Source: Chloroflexota bacterium | GTDB lineage: Bacteria; Chloroflexota; Dehalococcoidia; UBA2979 | Assembly: GCA_947479915.1 (NCBI GenBank) | Contig: CANKAU010000010.1 | Span: 2,033 to 66,032 of the forward strand | Length of the DNA stretch: 64,000 nt | Direction of reading: 5' to 3' | In this document: one piece after another, positions 33,813 to 43,647 of the stretch | How the letters are laid out: the number at the start of each line of letters is the position of its first letter | Position numbering within the stretch: the stretch's first letter is position 1 | Translations under genes and position numbers: made by a program | Notes under the pieces: model-generated | Seen by the model: only the letters and a program-made list of their open reading frames with translations | What the model was told of the DNA's origin: nothing | Database searches by the model: none

Positions 33813-34562
33813 ATGACGACCGAATCCTCCACTGCCCGCCCCGGCCTCTGGCACCCCCTGGGCACCGCGCCCGGCCACCCGCTGCACGAAATCGACGGTG
33901 CCGAGGTCGGCAACGGCGTCACGTTGTCGCTGGAGATCGGCCCGAAGAGCAAGGTGGGCAGCGACTACTTCCGCGCCTTCCTGGTGGCGCAGGGGCTGGG
34001 CCGCAGCTCCGAGCCGTTCCTCTGGGGCCTGATGAACCGCGGCCCCTTCCCGGGCTTCAACTGGGTGGAGGTCACGGACTCCACGAACCGCGTGGTCATG
34101 GAGAGCGGCGACGAGGTGGAGATCCCGGAGGGCATTGACCTGGAGGTCATGCGCGCCCTCGCCCGGCTCGTCCCCACCGGCGGCCACCTGATGGTGGAGT
34201 ACGACTCCCGTCAGCGATCCTCGACGGCGCGGGCGCTGCGGGCGCAGGTGCCCCCCGTGGCCACCCCCGTCGGCGCGATGATGTTCGCCGCCGGCTGCGG
34301 CGTGGCCTTCACCGACTGGTACATCTCCGAAGGCGGCCGCGAGGGCTCCCGGAAGCTGCAGGGCTTCCGCGCCATCGACGCCGCGCACGAGGAGCGCCGG
34401 GGCCGCGAGATGCTCGCCGCCCTCGACGCGTTCATGCCGCGCCTGCGCGACCTCGACTGGGACATCCAGGCGGCGGTTCGTCCGCTGGCGGACGCGGCGA
34501 TCACCGCGCTTCGCGAGCGTTTTGCAATCCCGGACGGGCCCATGGGGCCTCACGGGGGCTAG
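33813..34562 (+). CDS. hypothetical protein (249 aa)
   Basis: Clean ORF with host-like GC; no motif recognised. Confidence 0.45.
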   Translation: MTTESSTARPGLWHPLGTAPGHPLHEIDGAEVGNGVTLSLEIGPKSKVGSDYFRAFLVAQGLGRSSEPFLWGLMNRGPFPGFNWVEVTDSTNRVVMESGDEVEIPEGIDLEVMRALARLVPTGGHLMVEYDSRQRSSTARALRAQVPPVATPVGAMMFAAGCGVAFTDWYISEGGREGSRKLQGFRAIDAAHEERRGREMLAALDAFMPRLRDLDWDIQAAVRPLADAAITALRERFAIPDGPMGPHGG

Positions 34563-34793
34563 CGACGCACTACGGTGCGGTCGGAACCCGGGCGACCGGG
34601 CCGGGGCACGTTTGCATCGGACGGCGACCGCCGAATAGCATGCAACGAAACCCCGGCCGAACCTGTGCCAACAACCTCGCACGACCTTGCGCCGTCTCGA
34701 CGAGGCGTCAACCGCAGGCGTGTACATGAATGTGAACGAGTAGATCAGCTGCGTGCCGCGCAGCGTCGTAGCAGCGTCGTAGAGGAGCAATCC

Positions 34794-35888
34794 ATGCCGC
34801 AGACCCTCAGCGTGATCAAGGCCGACATCGGTGGGTGGGTGGGTCACTCCTCGATGCACCCCGACATCCTGGCCGTCGGCAAGGAACGCATGGCGCAGGC
34901 CGTGCAGAGCGGGCTGCTGATCGACGGGCAGGCGCACGCCTGCGGCGACGACATGTTCCTCGTCATGTCGCACGACCTGGGCGAGGACAACCCGAAGCTC
35001 CACGAGTACGCGTGGGACACCTTCACCCAGGGCACCGAGGTCGCGAAGAAGCTGAAGCTCTACGGCGCCGGGCAGGACCTGCTGGTGGACGCGTTCTCCG
35101 GCAACATCCGCGGCATGGGCCCGGGTTCCGCGGAGATGGAGCTCAACGAGCGCCAGTCGGAGCCGGTCATCATCTTCATGGGTGACAAGACCTCGTCCGG
35201 CTCGTTCAACATGCCCTTCTACAAGATGTTCGCGGACCCGTTCAACACGGCCGGCCTCGTCATCGCGGAGGCGCTGCACCAGGGCTTCGCGTTCGAGGTC
35301 CACGACCTGAAGAACCACAAGAAGATCGTGTTCAGCGCCCCCGAGGAGCTGTACGACCTGCTGGTCTTCATCGGCTCGCCGGCGCACTACGCGATCAAGC
35401 GCGTCATCGCCCGCTCCACCGGCGAGGTCGCCGCGGTCTCCTCCACCGACAAGCTCTCGCTCATCGCGGGCCGCTACGTCGGCAAGGACGACCCGACGGC
35501 GATCGTGCGCTGCCAGAACGCCTTCCCGGCCGTCGGCGAGGTGATCGAGCCGTTCACCACCCCGTACATCGTCGAGGGCTTCATGCGCGGCTCGCACTAC
35601 GGCCCGTGGATGCCGGTGGCCGTGCGTGACGCGAACCCGTCCCGCTTCGATGGCCCGCCGCGTGTGGTCGCGCTGGGCTTCCAGCTGGCGGACGGCAAGC
35701 TCGGCATGCCGCGCGACATGTTCGACGACCCGTCCTACAACAACGCCCGCCAGAAGGCGAACGACATCTCGGACTTCCTCCGGCTGCACGGCCCGTTCGA
35801 GCCGCACCGCCTCCCGCTCGACGAGATGGAGTACACGACGATGCCCGCGGTCGCCGCGAAGCTCGCCTCCCGCTGGAGCGAGATCTAG
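34794..35888 (+). CDS. fbp: fructose-1,6-bisphosphate aldolase/phosphatase (archaeal-type class V FBPase)
   Basis: MPQTLSVIKADIGGWVGHS...GDDMFLVMSHD... matches the bifunctional FBP aldolase/phosphatase family. Strong RBS AGAGGAG and TTGCAT/TAGCAT promoter-like hexamers upstream. Confidence 0.9.
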   Translation: MPQTLSVIKADIGGWVGHSSMHPDILAVGKERMAQAVQSGLLIDGQAHACGDDMFLVMSHDLGEDNPKLHEYAWDTFTQGTEVAKKLKLYGAGQDLLVDAFSGNIRGMGPGSAEMELNERQSEPVIIFMGDKTSSGSFNMPFYKMFADPFNTAGLVIAEALHQGFAFEVHDLKNHKKIVFSAPEELYDLLVFIGSPAHYAIKRVIARSTGEVAAVSSTDKLSLIAGRYVGKDDPTAIVRCQNAFPAVGEVIEPFTTPYIVEGFMRGSHYGPWMPVAVRDANPSRFDGPPRVVALGFQLADGKLGMPRDMFDDPSYNNARQKANDISDFLRLHGPFEPHRLPLDEMEYTTMPAVAAKLASRWSEI

Positions 35889-35941
35889 CCCCTCGACCCG
35901 TCGAGGTTGAACCGCGAGGGGGCCGTGCAAGCGGCCCCCTC
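35889..35941. repeat. double-hairpin repeat element directly after the fbp stop (family A, copy 1)
   Basis: cccctcgacccgtcgagg...gagggggccgtgcaagcggccccctc; near-identical to the element after groEL (47295-47349). Confidence 0.55.
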
Positions 35942-35986
35942 CGCGATCCCGGCTCAGAACCCTCGCATGCGCAGAAGGAGCCACCG

Positions 35987-36592
35987 ATGCCGAACTCGCG
36001 ACTGCTGCTCTCCACCGGGAACGCCGGGAAGGTGCGCGAGATCCGCGCGATCCTCGGCGCGGCGGGGTGGGAGATCATGACCCCACGCGAGGCGGGCGTG
36101 GCGCTCGCGCCGGTCGCGGAGGGCGGGCGGTCGTACACCGAGAACGCGATCTCGAAGGCGGTCTCCGCGGCGCGCGCCACCGGCCTGCCGGCGCTCGCGG
36201 ACGACTCCGGCATCGAGGTGGACGCGCTCGACGGTGCACCCGGCGTGACCAGCGCGCGCTACGGCGGCCCGTCCATGCGTGACGACCACGCTCGCAACGC
36301 GCTCATCCTGCGCCAGCTCGAGGGCGTCCCGATGTCTCGACGTACCGCGCGCTTCCGCGCCGTCGTCGCGATCGCGCTGCCCGGTGACCGCGTGTTCACG
36401 CGCGAGGGTGTCGTGGAAGGGCGTGTCGCGCTGGCGCCGCAGGGTGCGAACGGCTTCGGCTACGACCCGATCTTCCTGCTCCCCGACGGCCGCTCCATGG
36501 CCGAGGTGAGCGCTGACGAGAAGGATCGCATCTCCCACCGCGCCATAGCCCTCGCGGCCTTGCGCCCGCTGCTGGAGGAGTTGCGCGCGTAG
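35987..36592 (+). CDS. rdgB: non-canonical purine NTP pyrophosphatase (RdgB/HAM1)
   Basis: LLSTGNAGKVREI...ADDSGIEVDALDGAPGVTSARYGG...ANGFGYDPIF are HAM1 motifs. Confidence 0.9.
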   Translation: MPNSRLLLSTGNAGKVREIRAILGAAGWEIMTPREAGVALAPVAEGGRSYTENAISKAVSAARATGLPALADDSGIEVDALDGAPGVTSARYGGPSMRDDHARNALILRQLEGVPMSRRTARFRAVVAIALPGDRVFTREGVVEGRVALAPQGANGFGYDPIFLLPDGRSMAEVSADEKDRISHRAIALAALRPLLEELRA

Positions 36593-36633
36593 GCCGGCCG
36601 CGACCGCGGTCGGGCGGGGACGCATCCGCGTCG

Positions 36634-37431
36634 CTACAGCCGCGGCGGGGCGATCAGGTACACGTCGTAGCGCGCGGCGCGACCGGGGACCTCGAGGTCG
36701 GGGGCGCGCACGCCGGGAACGTGCGGTGCATGCACGGGGCGCTTGAGGATCACGCGCCGCCGTGCGGTCGCCAGCGCGAGTTCGATCAGTTCCACGGTGT
36801 CGGCGGGGTCATCTGGGCCGAGGAGGCGCTGCAGCAGCTGCATCTCCTTCTTCGCGCGGGCCGCCTTGGTGCGCTCGGGGAACATCGGGTCGACAAGGAT
36901 CGCGTCGGGGCGCGAGGCGTCATCCAGCGATCGCAGCACGTCGCGCGCGTCGGCGATGCGCAGGTCGATGCGCGCGATCACCTCAGCGAGACCCGGCTCG
37001 TGGGCGGCACGCGCGAAGGCGTCCGCGAGCAACGTCCCGACGATCGGCGATCGCTCGCAGGCGATGACGCCGCAGCCGAGCGCCGCGGCGATCGCGCTCT
37101 CGCGACCCAGGCCCGCGGTGGCGTCCAGCACGCGGGACGCCGGGTGGCGCTTCAGTCCCAGCGCGGAGGCCAGTCGTGCCTCGCCGCGCCCGCCCTGCCG
37201 GAGCCGCTCGGCCATCCCGCCGCCCAGCAGGTCGGCGCGCACGGCGCCGGGGGCGCCAGGCGCGGGGTCGAAGAGCGCCCAGCCGTCCTCGTCCAGTCGC
37301 AGGGTGAGCCCGCCAGGTTCCGCCTCGAGGGCGAACGGCAGGTCGAGCGCTGTCGCACGCGCGCGTGCCACCTCGGCGCATGCAGGCGACGAGGCGGTCA
37401 CGACGACAGGAGCGATGGCGTGGGCGGTCAC
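36634..37431 (-). CDS. rsmJ: class I SAM-dependent 16S rRNA (guanine1516-N2)-methyltransferase RsmJ-like
   Basis: VLDATAGLGRESAIAAALGCGVIACERSP...ILVDPMFPERTKAARAKKEMQLLQRLLG resembles the RsmJ (DUF548) family. The 692-aa track ORF is a run-through artefact. Confidence 0.7.
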   Translation of the reverse strand: MTAHAIAPVVVTASSPACAEVARARATALDLPFALEAEPGGLTLRLDEDGWALFDPAPGAPGAVRADLLGGGMAERLRQGGRGEARLASALGLKRHPASRVLDATAGLGRESAIAAALGCGVIACERSPIVGTLLADAFARAAHEPGLAEVIARIDLRIADARDVLRSLDDASRPDAILVDPMFPERTKAARAKKEMQLLQRLLGPDDPADTVELIELALATARRRVILKRPVHAPHVPGVRAPDLEVPGRAARYDVYLIAPPRL

Positions 37432-37557
37432 GCGGCGATCGTAGTCGTCGCCGGGGCGAGCCGCTGAGACGTGGGCGGGGGCGGCTCGAACAGGCGACGG
37501 GAGGGGCCGACGTGCCCGCGCGGGCAAGACGCTACCCCATGGGGGTAGACTGGGTGC

Positions 37558-38610
37558 ATGCCCCACCCCGACCTCGAATTCGAACGACCCGCAGAGGGCC
37601 CGGCGCTCGTCGACCGCCTCGGCCGGCCGCTGCACGACCTCCGCATCTCGGTCACGGACCGCTGCAACTTCCGTTGCCGCTACTGCATGCCCAAGGAAGT
37701 GTTCGGCCCCGACTTCGCGTTCCTGCCCCGCTCCGAGATCCTCACGTTCGAGGAGATCGCCCGCATCGCGCGCCTCTTTGCCGACCGTGGCGTGAAGAAG
37801 CTTCGCCTCACCGGCGGCGAGCCCACCCTGCGCGCGCAGCTGCCCGAGCTGATCCGCATGCTGCGCGAGATCCCCGGCGTGGACATTGCGATGACCACCA
37901 ACGGCACGATGCTGAAGACGCTCGCCGAGCCGCTTGCGCGCGCGGGCCTCGACCGTGTCACCGTCAGCCTCGACTCGCTCGACGACGCCACGTTCCGCTC
38001 GATGAACGACATGGACTTCCCCGTGGCGATGGTCCTTGAGGGGATCGACGCGGCCGCGGCGGCGGGCCTCGGGCCGGTCAAGCTGAACGCGGTCGTGCGC
38101 AAGGGCGTGAACGACCACACGCTGATCGACCTCGCGCGGCACTTCCGCGGCACCGAGCACATCGTCCGGTTCATCGAGTTCATGGACGTCGGCAGCACCA
38201 ACGGCTGGAAGATGGACGAGGTGATGCCTGCGTCCGACCTCCTGCAGCAATTGAACGCCGTCTTCCCGCTCGCGCCGGTTGATGCGAACTACGCCGGCGA
38301 AGTCGCGCAGCGCTACCGCTACCTGGACGGCCAGGGCGAGGTGGGCTTCATCACCTCCGTCACCCAGCCGTTCTGCGGCACCTGCACGCGCGCCCGCCTC
38401 AGCGCGGAGGGCTCCGTCTACACCTGTCTCTTCGCCGCCGAGGCTGGCGCCGACCTGCGCGCGGCGATCCGCTCCGGCGCGAGCGACGAGGACCTCGGCG
38501 CGCTCATCGATGCAACCTGGACGCAGCGCACCGACCGCTACTCCGAGCTGCGATCGGCCTCGACGTCCGGGCTGCGCCCTCGCGTCGAGATGTCGTACAT
38601 CGGCGGCTAG
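37558..38610 (+). CDS. moaA: GTP 3',8-cyclase
   Basis: [18 protein letters not shown] (radical-SAM CxxxCxxC) and C-terminal [13 protein letters not shown] auxiliary cluster motif. Confidence 0.93.
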   Translation: MPHPDLEFERPAEGPALVDRLGRPLHDLRISVTDRCNFRCRYCMPKEVFGPDFAFLPRSEILTFEEIARIARLFADRGVKKLRLTGGEPTLRAQLPELIRMLREIPGVDIAMTTNGTMLKTLAEPLARAGLDRVTVSLDSLDDATFRSMNDMDFPVAMVLEGIDAAAAAGLGPVKLNAVVRKGVNDHTLIDLARHFRGTEHIVRFIEFMDVGSTNGWKMDEVMPASDLLQQLNAVFPLAPVDANYAGEVAQRYRYLDGQGEVGFITSVTQPFCGTCTRARLSAEGSVYTCLFAAEAGADLRAAIRSGASDEDLGALIDATWTQRTDRYSELRSASTSGLRPRVEMSYIGG

Positions 38611-38635
38611 TCCGTCCCTGAGTGAAGGCCCGCCC

Positions 38636-39127
38636 ATGACCAGCGACGCGCTGTCCCACATCGACGAGCACGGCAACGCGCGGATGGTGGACGTCTCCGA
38701 CAAGGACGTCACTCAGCGTGAGGCGACGGCGCGCGGCCGCGTGCTGATGAAGCCCGACACGCTTGCGCTGATCGTGCAGGGACAGATGCCGAAGGGCGAC
38801 GTCCTCGCCACGGCACGCATCGCCGGAATCATGGCGGCGAAGCGCACTCACGAGCTGATCCCGCTCTGTCACCCGCTGCCGATCTCCGGCGTCGAGGTGC
38901 ACCTGCGTCCCGTCGAGATGGGCTACGCCCGCGCCGCGATCGAGATCGAAGCGACGGTGCGTGTGACCTCGCGGACCGGTGTGGAGATGGAGGCGCTGAC
39001 GGCGGTCTCCGTCGCGGCGCTCACCGTGTACGACATGTGCAAGGCCGTCGAGCGGGGCATGTCGATCGAGGACGTGCGCCTCACCGCCAAGTCCGGCGGT
39101 CGCTCCGGCGACTACGTCGCCCCGTAG
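38636..39127 (+). CDS. moaC: cyclic pyranopterin monophosphate synthase
   Basis: [18 protein letters not shown]...[28 protein letters not shown]...[21 protein letters not shown] is the canonical MoaC. Confidence 0.93.
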   Translation: MTSDALSHIDEHGNARMVDVSDKDVTQREATARGRVLMKPDTLALIVQGQMPKGDVLATARIAGIMAAKRTHELIPLCHPLPISGVEVHLRPVEMGYARAAIEIEATVRVTSRTGVEMEALTAVSVAALTVYDMCKAVERGMSIEDVRLTAKSGGRSGDYVAP

Positions 39128-39285
39128 TCCGACCCAGACATCGCGCTATCCGGGACTCGCCCGTCCGGTGAACCGTCGCGGGACGATCTCTCGGGACTTC
39201 CTGCGCGAAATGCCGACTGCCGACTCCCGAAACGGGCCTTCCCACGTTCTATGATACGGAAACGTTAAGGCGCGGGAGCAGCACC

Positions 39286-39927
39286 ATGCAGGCGACTCGA
39301 CAGCAGATCCTCGACTTCCTCCGGCAGCACGGCGAGGGCAGCGTGCGAGACCTGGGGGCGCATCTGAGCCTCACCCCCACCGGCGTCCGCCAGCACCTCG
39401 CGATCCTCGAGCGTGAGGGCTATGTGGTCAGCCGCGAGCTCCGCGGGCACGTCGGCCGGCCGGCGCTCACCTACCGCCTCACCCCCACTGCCGAGGCGCT
39501 CTACCCGAAGTCCTACGGCGAGCTTGCCAGCGCACTCCTGGAGTCCGCGCGCGCGACGCTGCCCGAGGATGCCTACGTGGCGCTGGTGAACGGGGCAGCG
39601 GAGACGCTGGCGTCGCCGCACCTCCCGGTGCTGAACGCGCTTCCCATGGCGGCGCGCGTCGAGGCCGCCTGTGGCGTGCTGCGCGCGCAGGACGTGGTCG
39701 TCACGTGCGAGCCTGACGGCAGCGGTGGCTACGTCCTGGTGGAGCGCACGTGCCCCTTCCGTGACGCCGCCTCCCGCCACTCCAGCGTTTGCGGCATGCA
39801 CGAGGCACTTATCGGGCGCCTCGCGGGCATGAAGGCGACGCTCGTCTCCACGCTCGCCGGGGGCGCGGATCGCTGCGTCTACCACCTGGTTCCCACGACC
39901 GCGGCAGCGGCCGGGCGATCGGCCTGA
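39286..39927 (+). CDS. ArsR-family HTH transcriptional regulator with SufR-like C-terminal Cys triad
   Basis: N-terminal ILDFLRQHGEGSVRDLGAHLSLTPTGVRQHLAILEREGYV (ArsR/HTH_20). C-terminal C-x13-C-x12-C (TCEPDG...TCPFRD...VCGMH). Confidence 0.65.
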   Translation: MQATRQQILDFLRQHGEGSVRDLGAHLSLTPTGVRQHLAILEREGYVVSRELRGHVGRPALTYRLTPTAEALYPKSYGELASALLESARATLPEDAYVALVNGAAETLASPHLPVLNALPMAARVEAACGVLRAQDVVVTCEPDGSGGYVLVERTCPFRDAASRHSSVCGMHEALIGRLAGMKATLVSTLAGGADRCVYHLVPTTAAAAGRSA

Positions 39928-40100
39928 CCCCTCGCCTGAGCGTCTTGTCCACGGTGGTTCGACGCCCGGCGCGACCGCTCGCTATCATGGCCGCGTCTCC
40001 CCGGGCGGGGATTCCGGAACCATTCGTGGCCCATTCTCACCGCCTATCGCGCGCTCCCCGCACGTCCTGCCGCGAGCGCCGCGCGGGGGGTTGCTGACCC

Positions 40101-42233
40101 ATGGGCACATGGGTGGGTCGTTACGCGATGGTGGACGGGCAGGTCCGTGAGCACGGACCGTGGCTCGTCGACCGCCAGCGCGAGCGCGAAGACGAGACGA
40201 TCCGTCTCCTGGTGCTCGCCGAACCCGTCGATCGTCGCTCTGCCGAGTTCTGCTCCGAGGTCGCCGAGGCCGTCGCCGCGCTCTTCGCCCGCGAGTCGCT
40301 CTCGATCACCGGTGGCCTGCTCCGCGCGCTGCAGCAGGCGCACACGAACCTCGCCGAGTGGAACCGCCGGTCGCTACGCGAGCATCGAGTCGCCGTCGGC
40401 GTGACGTGCGTGGTGATCCGCGACGGCGAGGCGACCATCGCGCAGGTCGGTCCCAGCGTCGCGTACGTCACCGGCACGCAGGGCGTCACCCGTCTCTCCA
40501 CGGAGGATCTGCCGGCTGTCGCACCCCTCGGCGGCAACGGCGAGATCGAGCCGCGTTTCACGTCCACGGACGTCACCGGCCGCGAGGTGCTCCTGCTCAC
40601 CTCGACCGTCGAGAAGATCATCGGCGTGAAGCAGATCGAGGACTCGCTCGCGGCCGGCCCGGAGGCCGCTCTCGCCGAGCTGTTCCGCCGCACGCGCGAG
40701 GTCACCGACATGACCGCCGTGCTGGTCGCCGACCTCGACATCGAGGAGGGCGCGGAGATGCCGCCCCCGCTCGACCTCGACGTCGACCAGGACGTTGCCG
40801 GGCGCGAGGTCGTGATGCCGGGCATCGACTCCGGGAACCGCACACCCGCACCGCGCGTGACCTCCGCGCCCGAGCCGGAGCCGCGTCGCCGCCGCTGGTC
40901 CGGCCCGCAGACGCAGCCGATCCCGTTCCCCTCGATCCGCCGCCCCGCGCGCACCGTCGGCCGCACGCCGCTGGAAGCGCAGCTGCCGTGGCGCTGGATC
41001 GGCATTGCCGCCGCGGGCGTGCTCGCGCTGGCGCTCCTCGCATGGGCGATCGGCCCGGGGCTGCTGAGCGAGGACCGCCAGGCGGAGCTGACCAAGGTGC
41101 TCACGACCGCGCAGGAGCAGCTCACTGCCGCACAGGGCGCGCAGCGGGCAGACGATCGCCGCAAGGCGCTCCAGGCCGTCCTCGCCTCCACGGAGAAGGC
41201 GCGCGCGCTCGCTCCGGACGACGCACGCGTGAAGCAGATCGAGTCGCAGGTGCAGTCGCAGCTCGCCGTCATGGACGCGGTGAGCGACGTGAGTGCGCTG
41301 GCGCCGCTGCTGAAGTTCGACGGTGCCGTCACCGCGCCGGTCACCCCGCAGTCCGTGGTCGCCGGCGGCCGCTCGCTCTGGTTCATCGAGACTGGTCGAG
41401 GCCGCCTGTTCCGCATGGACGCCGGGACGACGCCCTCGACGCCGGAGGAGGTCTACCGTGCGGGCGCGACCTACGGCGGCACGCCCGCGCGTGACCCGGT
41501 GAGCATTGCGTGGGACGCGCAGGGTAACCGCCTGCTGCTGCTGGACGCCGGTCGCGGGCTGTTCGCGATCTCTGAGTCCTCGAAGACGCCGGTGCCCGTG
41601 CCGCTGCGCGGCTCGGGGGAGCTCCGCTCCGCCGTCGCGATCTCGGTGTACCTGAAGAATCTGTACGTCCTCGACCCAGCGGGCGGCGAGGTCTGGCGTT
41701 ACCTGACGGCCTCCGACGGCTACGACTCGGAGCGCACGGGCATGCTCGGCGGTGCGGACATCGGCACCGCGACGGGGATGGTCGTGGACGCCGACGTGTT
41801 CGTGGTCGACCAGGGCCGGCTGCGTCGCTTCCGCGGCGGCAAGGAGACGACGGCGATGCTCGACGGCATCGACCAGCCGCCGAAGGCGCCGGTCGCGCTC
41901 GTCGAGGACACGCAGCGCGGGCTGCTCTTCCTGGCCGATCGCGGCAACAAACGCATCGTGGTCGGCGATCGCGAGGGCAAGTTCGTGAAGCAGTACCGCC
42001 ACCCGAGCCTCGCGGATCTCCGCGGACTCGCGATCTCGGCGGACGGCTCGCGGCTCTTCGTGATGAGCGGCGACGGCATCACCTACTTCGACGTTGCGCC
42101 GCCGGGCCCGCCCCCTGCGCAGCCGTCGCCGACGCCAACCGCGACGCCGGCCTCCACCGGCGCGTCGGGCGCGAGTGGCGCCAGCGGCGCGACCGGCACC
42201 GCGCGTCCCGCGACGGCCACGCCAGCCCGCTAG
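40101..42233 (+). CDS. large single-pass membrane protein: cytoplasmic N-domain, TM, coiled coil, C-terminal beta-propeller (NHL-like) repeats, PTA-rich tail
   Basis: TM helix WRWIGIAAAGVLALALLAWAIG at about aa 300. Repeated motifs YVLDPAGGEVWRY / VFVVDQGRLRRF / LFLADRGNKRIVVGD / LFVMSGDGITYFDV. The ArsR-like gene lies directly upstream. Confidence 0.55.
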   Translation: MGTWVGRYAMVDGQVREHGPWLVDRQREREDETIRLLVLAEPVDRRSAEFCSEVAEAVAALFARESLSITGGLLRALQQAHTNLAEWNRRSLREHRVAVGVTCVVIRDGEATIAQVGPSVAYVTGTQGVTRLSTEDLPAVAPLGGNGEIEPRFTSTDVTGREVLLLTSTVEKIIGVKQIEDSLAAGPEAALAELFRRTREVTDMTAVLVADLDIEEGAEMPPPLDLDVDQDVAGREVVMPGIDSGNRTPAPRVTSAPEPEPRRRRWSGPQTQPIPFPSIRRPARTVGRTPLEAQLPWRWIGIAAAGVLALALLAWAIGPGLLSEDRQAELTKVLTTAQEQLTAAQGAQRADDRRKALQAVLASTEKARALAPDDARVKQIESQVQSQLAVMDAVSDVSALAPLLKFDGAVTAPVTPQSVVAGGRSLWFIETGRGRLFRMDAGTTPSTPEEVYRAGATYGGTPARDPVSIAWDAQGNRLLLLDAGRGLFAISESSKTPVPVPLRGSGELRSAVAISVYLKNLYVLDPAGGEVWRYLTASDGYDSERTGMLGGADIGTATGMVVDADVFVVDQGRLRRFRGGKETTAMLDGIDQPPKAPVALVEDTQRGLLFLADRGNKRIVVGDREGKFVKQYRHPSLADLRGLAISADGSRLFVMSGDGITYFDVAPPGPPPAQPSPTPTATPASTGASGASGASGATGTARPATATPAR

Positions 42234-42387
42234 CGCTTGCCTCGGAGGGTTCGAGTGCGCGCGCAGCGTAGTGCGCTCTCACCCACTTCGCGGGCGGCGG
42301 GGCGCGTGGAGCCTTCGCTCACGGTCGTCGAGTCGGACAGTCGGACAGTCCGACATCGCGGCCGTCCAGCGCGTCCGCTGCCCCGGA

Positions 42388-42430
42388 TACGTGAAGGGCG
42401 AAGCCCTTCACTTTTCAACCCCTCCCGCGC
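42388..42430. repeat. short dispersed palindromic repeat (copy 2 of family B) / terminator
   Basis: gtgaagggcgaagcccttcac + ttttcaacccctcccgcgc; shares the GAAGGG-loop-CCCTTC ... CAACCCCTCCCGCGC architecture with 15509-15550. Confidence 0.5.
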
Positions 42431-42535
42431 CGGGAGGGGCAGGGGTGGGCCGCCCCGCTCAGCTCCGCGACGGCCCGACGCGAACCATCCTCGTCCCCTC
42501 CCGCGCACCGCACCGCGCGCGATAGACTCGAAGGC

Positions 42536-43549
42536 ATGCGCATCCTCGGCATCGAAAGCTCGTGCGACGAGACGGCGGCCTCCGTGGTCGCCGACGGCAC
42601 GCGCATGCTCTCCAACGTCGTCGCCTCGCAGACCGCGCTGCACGAGGAGACCGGGGGCGTCGTTCCGGAGGTCGCCGCCCGCGCCCACCTGCGCGCCCTC
42701 GTGCCGGTCGTGCGCAAGGCGCTCGCCGACGCCGAATGCTCCTGGGACGACATCGACGCGATTGCCGCGACCGCGGGCCCGGGCCTGCCGGGCGCGCTCG
42801 TCATCGGGCTCAACGGCGCGCGCGGACTCGCCTACGCGCGCGGCATCCCGCTGATCCCGGTCGACCACATCGAGGGCCACGTCTGCGCGAACTGGCTGGA
42901 CGCTGCCACCGGCCCGGACGGCGCGCCGCCCGAGCTGCCCGCGCTCGCCCTCGTCGTCTCGGGCGGACACACGGAGCTGCTGCTGATGCGCGAGCACGGC
43001 CAGTTCGAGCGCCTCGGCGGGACGCGCGACGATGCCGCGGGCGAGGCGTTCGACAAGGTCGCGCGGCTGCTGGACCTGCCGTACCCCGGCGGCCCGCCGA
43101 TCTCGCGCCTTGCTGCCACCGCCGAGGTGCGCAAGCTGCGACTGCCCCGCGCGTGGCTGGGTGAGAGCGACGACTTCTCGTTCTCCGGCCTGAAGACCGC
43201 CGTCCTGAACCTCGTGCAGTCCGAAGGCGCACCCCCTGCCGCGGAGATCGCCTGGGCGTTCGAGGAGTCGGTCGTCGATGTGCTGTCGAAGAAGGCCGTC
43301 CGCGCGGCGGAGCGCGTCGGCGTTCGGTCGATCCTCGTGGCGGGTGGCGTTGCGGCAAACCGCCGCCTCCGCGAGCGCGTGATCGAGCGCTCGCCGATCC
43401 CGGTGCACATCCCGCCGATCGTGCTCTGCACCGACAATGCCGCGATGATTGCCGCCGCCGCCTTCCGCCACCTCGACGATGCGGTCGCGCCCGAGTCGGC
43501 CCTCGACATCATCCCCACCGCTGTTCGCCGCGGTCGCCGCTGGGCGTAG
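42536..43549 (+). CDS. tsaD: tRNA N6-adenosine threonylcarbamoyltransferase
   Basis: MRILGIESSCDETAASVV...VSGGHTELLL...GEAFDKVARLLDLPYPGGP...VAGGVAANRRLRE are Kae1/TsaD motifs. Confidence 0.93.
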   Translation: MRILGIESSCDETAASVVADGTRMLSNVVASQTALHEETGGVVPEVAARAHLRALVPVVRKALADAECSWDDIDAIAATAGPGLPGALVIGLNGARGLAYARGIPLIPVDHIEGHVCANWLDAATGPDGAPPELPALALVVSGGHTELLLMREHGQFERLGGTRDDAAGEAFDKVARLLDLPYPGGPPISRLAATAEVRKLRLPRAWLGESDDFSFSGLKTAVLNLVQSEGAPPAAEIAWAFEESVVDVLSKKAVRAAERVGVRSILVAGGVAANRRLRERVIERSPIPVHIPPIVLCTDNAAMIAAAAFRHLDDAVAPESALDIIPTAVRRGRRWA

Positions 43550-43647
43550 CGGCCGGTCTGCGGCACCCTCCAGTCCTGAGACTCAGGGCCGTGGAGGATG
43601 GGCCGCCGGTCGATTCCACCTCGACCGCGCAGCCGTGTACCACTTCG

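Noticed and set aside
37432-37557. Possible Moco riboswitch upstream of moaA
   Set aside because: The 125-nt leader is shorter than typical Moco RNA (about 140 nt) and I could not see the conserved motifs by eye; left uncalled.
36634-38712. 692-aa minus-strand ORF
   Set aside because: It is a read-through that fuses the real rsmJ-like gene (36634-37431) with the antisense strand of moaA. Only the 3' third has methyltransferase motifs.
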